Source: Lingula anatina
Taxonomy: Eukaryota > Animalia > Brachiopoda
Assembly (NCBI GenBank): GCA_051362555.1
Contig: CM120643.1
Span: 25,238,848 to 25,302,847 of the forward strand
DNA length: 64,000 nucleotides
Direction: 5' to 3'
Shown here: one piece after another, positions 56,458-64,000 of the stretch
How positions within the stretch are numbered: the first letter of the stretch is position 1
Layout of the letters: each line of letters starts with the position of its first letter
Notes under the pieces: generated by a model
The model's database searches: none
Told to the model about the DNA's origin: nothing
The model's input: the letters and a program-made list of their open reading frames with translations, nothing else
Made by a program: the position numbers and the translations under genes

Positions 56458-57559
56458 TGGGTAGAGGTGTACTCAAAGGCTTTTCACCTGTTTGCACTCT
56501 TCGTCAGAGGTCAGTGTATGAACGTAGGTTCTGATAAACGATCATTGATCGCAATTACGTCGCACGTCTAATAATAGGTTGACAAGATCGCCTCATGAGG
56601 AGCCGATGGGTCTAAAACGGAAATCCCTTCATTTGTGAGCTCTTCTTGCATTTGTCTTTCAAAAATTTAATGAATCTAAATATAGAACTGTTAGTATATA
56701 AGCATACGCCGACACAGGCCTATCGCCAGTTGAGTTAAGAGGATTTACGGGATTCTAAGAAGACCATATTTTGTGCTCATTTCATATATTTTTAATTTCT
56801 CTTTGTTATTGAATGATGCATGTGAACTGCAGGTAGTTGTGTTTTTTATGTTTTTTCATCGTAACTTCTCCGAAGCATTGCGTCTATCTACGGTTTTAAC
56901 TGTCATATTGATTCAGAATATTAGGTTTTTGGTTCAAAGAAAATTAAGAAATAGGCACACTATTAATATCTAATGACATGCTGATACTTAATTATTTTTA
57001 ATTTTAAAGGAATTTTATTCGTATGCGAAACTAGCTAGTGAACATAAACATTAAACATAAAATATAAACCGTAATATTTGGCCCAATATTTGTCGCCGGG
57101 AATATATTTGATAAGTTAAATAGACCTATACATACAAAGTAATTAATGAACAAAAACTTCCTGAAACTTCAGTGCACAACAGGTTCAAAGTAAATAGGTT
57201 TGGAGCACAATTTGCAATTGATCGCGCTATTATGTAGGTGTATCGAGTTACAACAAAATAAAAATAGTTTGGCGATCACGTCTGTCGAATGTTAATTTAC
57301 AGCTGCGAACGAATACATACTTAAAAGCACCTGACGCCTTTGAGTGAAAAGAAGTGTCTGAGGTGAGAAAGGAGACTTTCGTTATTGATTGTTTAACAAC
57401 AGAAAAAAATCATCAGACAGGTCATTTACAGTTTTCTCATCAAACGAGTTCTTGCTGTATTCTTAACAAGCTGCCTCAACGCGAATAAGTTTCTAAAAAT
57501 TCCAGATTGCTTTTGTTGTGCTATTGAATGCAGCAACTGATAGGTAGGCACTGCAAAAG

Positions 57560-57604
57560 GGGAAGTCCCTTGACCTAGTCCAAAATTAGACATGCGGGAT
57601 TTCC
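57560..57604. promoter_or_regulatory. Paired NF-kB-like sites in the IRF intergenic region
   Basis: GGGAAGTCCC 57560-57569 and GGGATTTCC 57596-57604; further sites at 56619 and 58891. Confidence 0.4.
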
Positions 57605-57940
57605 AGCAGTATCGGTCTAATACGAATCGTTTCATTTTCAATGCTTGGAAAAAACCCAGTCATTTCTTCAAATAGTTTCGAAGTACCAAAACAAAAAGAC
57701 CGGTAAATCGTGTGTCCAACTAAGGAATGCATCTTGATGCACTGATCGAGAGAACGGTTTAGACGCAACCAAAAATTAACCGGTGAGTAACTAGAAAGGA
57801 AACGGTCAATCAGCAAGGGAGCTGATTAACATATATAGCATGATATAACCACTCGTCTTATTGATAACATAAAATGTTGTGCGAGTTTTAAACATAAATT
57901 ACGTCTGCCTTGTTCATATTTCATAATAGTGTTGGTAGTG

Positions 57941-58121
57941 CCGGTGTGACAGCTAGGAATGGAAGTCCGGGGTCGGGTCCGATATGTGATAACTAGGCCT
58001 ACAGGTTAGGGCTAGTCTGGAGAATTATTGGGGTAAGTATAGGGACAAATATCACCTGTACAAAGTAATGGGGGAACGAACTACGTACGGATCCTAGCGG
58101 ACTACCATTCCTGTCACACCT
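57941..58121. mobile_element. Short MITE
   Basis: TIRs GGTGTGACAG..GGAATGGAAGTCCG and CGGACTACCATTCCTGTCACACC. Confidence 0.6.
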
Positions 58122-59078
58122 GTGATCGATGCACTAGTAATGCGAACAGGGTCTAGAAAAATTCTTGAATCCGTTGAATGTCAAAACTGAAAAAAAAAAG
58201 GAGTAAGCCAGCAAATCTTGTAAATGACGTATGTCTGACATGATGTATCGGCTGAAGTAAAAATTAATTGCATGATACATGATCATATTTATAAAAGTGG
58301 TAAACTAATATGTCCCCGCTCTTCCAACAGCTGAAAAAAAAGCACGTACACCACCCATGGCGAAGTCTGAGCTTAATCCAGCGCTGCGACTCGAAAGCAT
58401 CTAAAGTTAGAACCATTATTCACGCCGCACGTGGCGTCATTATATAGCGTCACTGTGGTCTTTTAAAATAAATACTCTAAAATAAGTTTTATTTGCACAG
58501 GGTGATTCATCTATATGGTTCGCAGTTCATTTGAATCGAGGGGCTCTGAATATTCATTCCCGATCCGGAAATTCTTTGCCCAAATATAGGTGCGCACGTG
58601 CTACGTTACTCCAAAACAAGCTTTAGTCGAGTCATATGACGGCCGCTATGACAAAGTTGAAAGACAAAGCCGCGCAAAGACACGCGGTCCGAGCTATCAC
58701 GTGCGATGTAATTTTAGTTGCAAAGGAAATTACAATGTGGGGGACGGTACCCATTCATGAGCTTGGGTTTAAATGATAAGTGTTTGTGATAAACCACGTG
58801 CTTTCTCCCACGGGACGCAAAGCAATTGATGTTAGCTGAAGACACTATTTGCCTAAGCTGTTGGCCGACTTGGAGCTGTTGGAGCTTATTGGGAAATCCT
58901 ATTCAAGTACGATAAAAAAGCGTTTTTTTTTCTTTCAATTTTGTGTGTTTAATTCCATAATGAGATATTTTAAGAGATTGCTTAATTTATGTAAAAATTG
59001 AAAAAAAGTCACGAGGAAGGATAAGGCACTGTAAAGAAATGATGAAGAGAAAACAAAGTACCTTGATATTTTTGAAAA

Positions 59079-59252
59079 GGGGGCGTCTCGATAGTCCGAA
59101 GGTTCATTGGTCCGAAGGTTCATTGGTCCGAAAAGTGGTAACATTTTTATCGATTTTTTAATCAAGGGTTCATTGGTCCGAAGGTTCTATAGTGAACATT
59201 CGGACCAATGAACCTTCGGACTATTGAACCTTCGGACTATCGCTACGGCCCC
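59079..59252. mobile_element. Foldback/MULE-like MITE with 16-bp subrepeats
   Basis: GGTTCATTGGTCCGAA units occur in both orientations; termini GGGGCG..CGATAGTCCG and CGGACTATCG..GGCCCC; TSD TTTGAAAA at 59071 and 59253. Confidence 0.8.
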
Positions 59253-59773
59253 TTTGAAAATATACGGGTACTGCTAGAACAAAACGTAGAGATTTTTGGC
59301 GACAAAATCTACAGGTAATTCAAGTGAAATCTGCTTCGGAAAAACCTTTTAGGCACTTTAGTATTGTAGACACCATTTCAACGAAAGCTGCACAAAGAAG
59401 CGCAGGCTAAAACGAAAGTACAATGTAGTCTCGGTATTTTGACGCGCGCTATTTTTAGCAGCGGCTCTTTTTAACTGTATTGAACAATATGTCCTTTATA
59501 GCTATAAATGCATTGGACTTCTAACTAAGATTAAGAGTTCTACGAAATGGACAATGTATTTATAGAAGGCCCAGAACCTTATCAAAAGCGGGTCTACATT
59601 ACATTATCTCACAATATGATTTGTCGCCCACAGATACAGGAGTAAATCGGCAACCTTCAGATATACAAGGACCTTGCGTTTGTTGCGTCCACATTCGTTT
59701 TTGATTTGTCTGTTACTCATTTTCAGACACGCAGTAGAAATATACTAGACAGCAGAATTTGAAAATATCTGTA

Positions 59774-59946
59774 ATGTCAGAAAATCGCCAGCGTCTGCGG
59801 CCTTGGTTGGAGGCTCAGATTAACAGCGGGATTATTCCTGGTCTTCTCTGGTTAGACGATGAACACACTGTTTTCAGAATAACGTGGAAACATGGAGGAA
59901 AACCAGACTGGAATGAGGGAGATTCACTTATATTTAAAGTAGGTGT

Positions 59947-60019
<73 letters not shown>

Positions 60020-60358
60020 CGTGTGTGCCACAGTTTAGACTCAAATGGACATAAGTTGACAGTTTGCCTGGACAGTGTCAGTTGGAATGAAACTGAAATT
60101 CAGATCCAAAAAATTGCAACTTCTCTGCCTGGCTGTAAATTGAGATTTTTTAGCCTTTGGAAGAGGTTGCTTTTTCATTTAGAATGTTATAAATAAATAC
60201 TACAGATTGCGCTATGTGTATCGTTTTAAATATAGACCAGTATATTTCAGTGAGGGGATACAAAAGTTTGACATATTTTTTGCATTCAACCAAGAAAAAC
60301 ATGAGTTTGCAGTATTTACAATTTTAAAAGCAAATCAATTCACCTTTTCTACATCTCT

Positions 60359-60397
<39 letters not shown>

Positions 60398-63242
60398 AAT
60401 CAAAAATGTTCAGATGTTCCACCAATCTTGTGTGCTTTAAACCTCTTTGTTTTTCATTCAGCTATGGGCAGAACACACAGGCAGATATAGAGCAGGCATA
60501 GACAAGCCAGACTATGCAACCTGGAAAACACGTCTACGCTGTGCTTTTAATAAAGCACCTGATATTAACCAAGATAAAGAATTAAGCTGCTCAGATGCAG
60601 AACCACCATACAGAGTGTACAGACTACTGCCCAAATGTGGTATGTTTGTTTTCTTATTGAAATTTTAAATGGTCAAAGATTTTTTGCGCATCACAGTGTT
60701 TAATTTGAGATAGCATGTGAATGTCATGGCAAATTTTTGTCCTTATTTTGGCTGTCTAAGGTGTGATCATAGGGTTAATGTGAGTGAACAATAACTTTCA
60801 TAAACCCTGTATATCTGCTTCTCTGGCCCTTGGTTTGTAACTATGGCAGTGAAGTAACAATCGAGGCAAACTTTTTTTCCAGAAGTTAAAAAGAAGAGAA
60901 TCTCATCCACATTCATTGCCAGTGACATTGAATCTGATTCCAGTGAAGAAACTGGAGCTTTGGTAAGTTTGTGTACAACAGCTCTATTTGTGTGTATGTA
61001 CCAGTACATAAATGATAAAGACATAAGAGACTATGGCCACATTCACAACACCAGACACAACAGTGAACTAACGTCAGCAGGTCAGGTATGGCCGACCCAC
61101 TTGAATGCTTCTTTCATAATCCCCCGGGGATCTATTCAGTGCCTATAAGGGGATTAGATGGCAAGCTTTTAGATTGGTCACCATATTTGATCTGCATATA
61201 CTAGTTAGTACGCTTCTCTGAATGCGGCCTATGTCATATTTTTTGTTTAGTCTGATTATTTAAAGATTTTTAAAAATATTGTTTTAACTCTTTTTTTTTT
61301 TTAATTTCAGACTCAAATGGCCCCATGCTCTGTTCCAACAGTAGTTTCAAGCATGAAAATTGGTAAGTATTATAACCTGTAACCACTTTGATAAAAATAT
61401 AGTTCAAATTGTGGTACTGAAGTTCTGGTATCAAGTTTCATCTAGGCTGCACAAATTAACACGATCTCTTGTTCTGAAACGTACTTGCTTTTAATCACCT
61501 GAATCATAGGGGGTTTTACTGCTGGTACAAAATTACTCATGAAATACCAATATTTGTCATGTTTGGTACTTTTTCCTGCATGACCAATGTTAGCTTCATA
61601 TTCTTCATTCATTCATTTATTCATTTGAAATAGAATATTGTAGCTGAGAAGATCATCATTTTTGATTTTCTATAAGAAGAAATTCAATCATTTTAGGCTC
61701 TATACATTGGGTTTTCTGGAATTATTATGGATCTTTTGGAGATTAAATGTTTTATATATCTCATATGATGCTAATCAATCACATCACCTGCTGTATATTT
61801 AATAAAACAAGCAGTGGACCCCCTCTGCCTTATAACCCTTGGTCTTCTGTGAAAAATATAGCTTCATGGAAGCAAATATTAAGGTCAGATGATAAAGTGG
61901 AGCACTGATATTGTGAAATCTTAGACTGCATTCCCATAACTTTATCGTACTAGCAGGAGCAATCTATCTTGGCAGGGATTAATTTTGCTAAGGTTAAGCC
62001 AGTATAATTAGCCTAATTGTCTGGCACACCCCTTTGTATAGCAAAATGAACAACATCATGGACCATATAAAGTTTTTTTGAATTTACCCACGTACTTGAA
62101 GTTACAAGGGGGTGTACCAGACATTTAAGCCACTTAAACTGAACGCAATTTAGCGAGAATCCCCCAGGAGTTGGATAGATCCATCTAGTATGATATGGGA
62201 ATGGAATGGTCTACTTTGTATTTAAAACCAATATATATGATTACTTTGTTTTTACCAGTAATTAAAAAAAGCACTTGCACAAATTTACATTTTAGGGAAA
62301 TTAAATATATTTTAATGAAACAATAGAGACTCAATAGAAGAAGTGTTAACTTCAAGTTAAAAAAAATTTAAATCTCAGTTTTGAGTGATATTAAATAGCC
62401 AGTGGTGTGTTTGTGTATGTGTGCGTGCATGCATGTGTGTGTGTGTGTGTGTTATCTGTGCATGGTAGGGCATATGCTCTTTTAATAGGGCGCATTTATT
62501 CCCTGGGGATCACTTGAATGGGGCACCACCATGTTAATATTGGAATGTTGTGAAAACATGCAGTTTCAGGTGCTTCAGTGGCACAGGCACTATTTTCTAT
62601 AGTAATGAAGACAACTGAGTAATGATAACTTTGAAGGCTTGAATTAGTTTTAAAGGCAGTTAATGCTAGTCCTAATATGTACGTATTTCAACATACAGCG
62701 GAGTAGTGTAGCTGCCAGGCACAATTTGAATGCAAATTAGGATTGCAAACAGGAATTTCTTGTGTAAAGTAATATATGGCACAGCGTAAACCAGATTCTG
62801 ATGTCATACTTTTAAAGGTTGGACTACAAATTGACTATAGTTTGGTATACGTAGGCTGTTACAGTACACAGAAAACTTACATGTATATATAAAACTTAGT
62901 TAGCAGAGTCCTTGCAACATTAACAGGGTCATATGTATCATAAAACTGATGACACCAGATTATAAAACTTTTATTTTAAGAAAATGATTTTATTTCCGTC
63001 CTCCAATATCATGTGATCATGTAGTTGGATGATATGAAAAGATTCTCATCTCGATCAGTCTTATCAAATTCAAATACAGTTCTCTTAATAAGATAATATA
63101 GGTCTTAACTGTCAGCAGATCTTATTTGTATTTTGACAATTGCATGATCATCTTTGTCATTTCTCTCTGTTTCCTGTAGATCAAGATGATATACTTCTCG
63201 GTGAGGTAGAGATGCTGGTGGAGACTAGTTTAAAAGGGGAAG
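59774..63242 (+). CDS. Interferon regulatory factor B (5' part; continues beyond the window)
   Basis: Exons 59774-59938 and 60462-60639 encode the DBD (RQRLRPWLEAQINSG ... WKTRLRCAFNKAP ... PYRVYRL). Probable linker exons 60883-60962, 61311-61362 and 63180-63242 are phase-compatible but less certain. Confidence 0.88.
59949..60027. repeat. (CT)n(GT)n microsatellite
   Basis: Direct inspection. Confidence 0.95.
61921..62212 (-). mobile_element. Diverged copy of the 4006/4417 palindromic element
   Basis: Termini TTAGACTGCATTCCCA and TGGGAATGGAATGGTCT; arms TGTCTGGCACACCCCCTTTGTA and TACAAGGGGGGTGTACCAGACATTTAAGCC. Confidence 0.55.
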
Positions 63243-64000
63243 GTAGACATTTTGAATGTTGCATGTTGGGGTGTAGCTAGAGCTGTAACGAAAATGGGGG
63301 AGCAGAGGGTAGCCATTGAGGGGATGGTTTTATACTCTAAAACAAAAGTGCAAAGAAGTAACAGTTAACATGTATACCCATGGGCGCATTCTCAAAAAGG
63401 TTCTGATCTTTAAACAAATCACGGACAAATTAGCTTATTTCCTATAATGTGCTGTACTTTTGGCTTCATTGTCAGATGGGTTATGTCATCTTAATTGACA
63501 GTTGTTAATTTAATATTCACATCCATATACATATATTCAATAACTGCATGTATATGTATTTATATTATTGAGAGCATACAAAGTACAAAAAGAAGTGTGA
63601 TTCTTGGAATTTTTTTTGTACTGTGATAGCTGAAAAAGAATGAAGATTAAAAAAAAATAAATAAAAGAAAGAAAGAAAAAAGAAAAAAAACTCTTTTTAG
63701 AATGCAAAATGTCTGAAACCTCAGGGTAATGTTAAGTGTTACAGTGATCAGAGCGACCCCAGGTTCTTAAATTGAGTATTAGTACAACTCCTCCCTCCCT
63801 TCCCCTTCCTGTCACCTCTGCCCCACTTCTGTCTGTTATTGTTTATATTTTTTTTCGAAGGCATACAATGTGTGTAAGACTTTAATCTAGCAAAAAAAAA
63901 AAAAAAAAAGGAAATTACAGCAACTTATTCTTGGACCAGAAGGTTTCAAAGCAAATAATGTGGTTTCATAAAAGATAGTTGTTTGCAGCCGTTAAAGGAA

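Noticed and set aside
61005-61086. Extra IRF-B exon (YINDKDIRDYGH...)
   Set aside because: It would need a 42-nt intron or read-through of a strong donor, and the model is in phase without it. Left unresolved.

Overview
Eukaryotic, intron-rich, AT-rich genomic DNA from a bilaterian invertebrate (plausibly a marine lophotrochozoan; this is inference). Genes reconstructed by hand, left to right: (1) an intronless multiple-cysteine-cluster Toll-like receptor (+); (2) a 3-exon secreted prokineticin/astakine-like 10-Cys peptide (+) that the ORF track misses; (3) a complete 12-exon MOXD1/DBH-like copper monooxygenase (-); (4) a 15-finger C2H2 zinc-finger ORF (+) nested antisense in MOXD1 intron 1; (5) a 9-exon Borealin/CDCA8 (-), head-to-head with (6) a C1orf109/AIRIM homologue (+) that has a U12-type intron; (7, 8) two divergently transcribed IRF paralogues, one complete and one running off the right edge. 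Mobile DNA includes a tRNA-derived SINE, a Penelope-like fragment with inverted termini and minimal hammerhead motifs, two Helentron-associated (HINE/pearl-like) elements with 146-bp tandem arrays, an 8.6-kb long-TIR element carrying a young Tx1/L1 LINE, a repeat with two Pol III promoters, and several MITEs and palindromes. No CRISPR arrays, rRNA genes or true tRNA genes were seen. All exon boundaries are manual and need RNA-seq confirmation.
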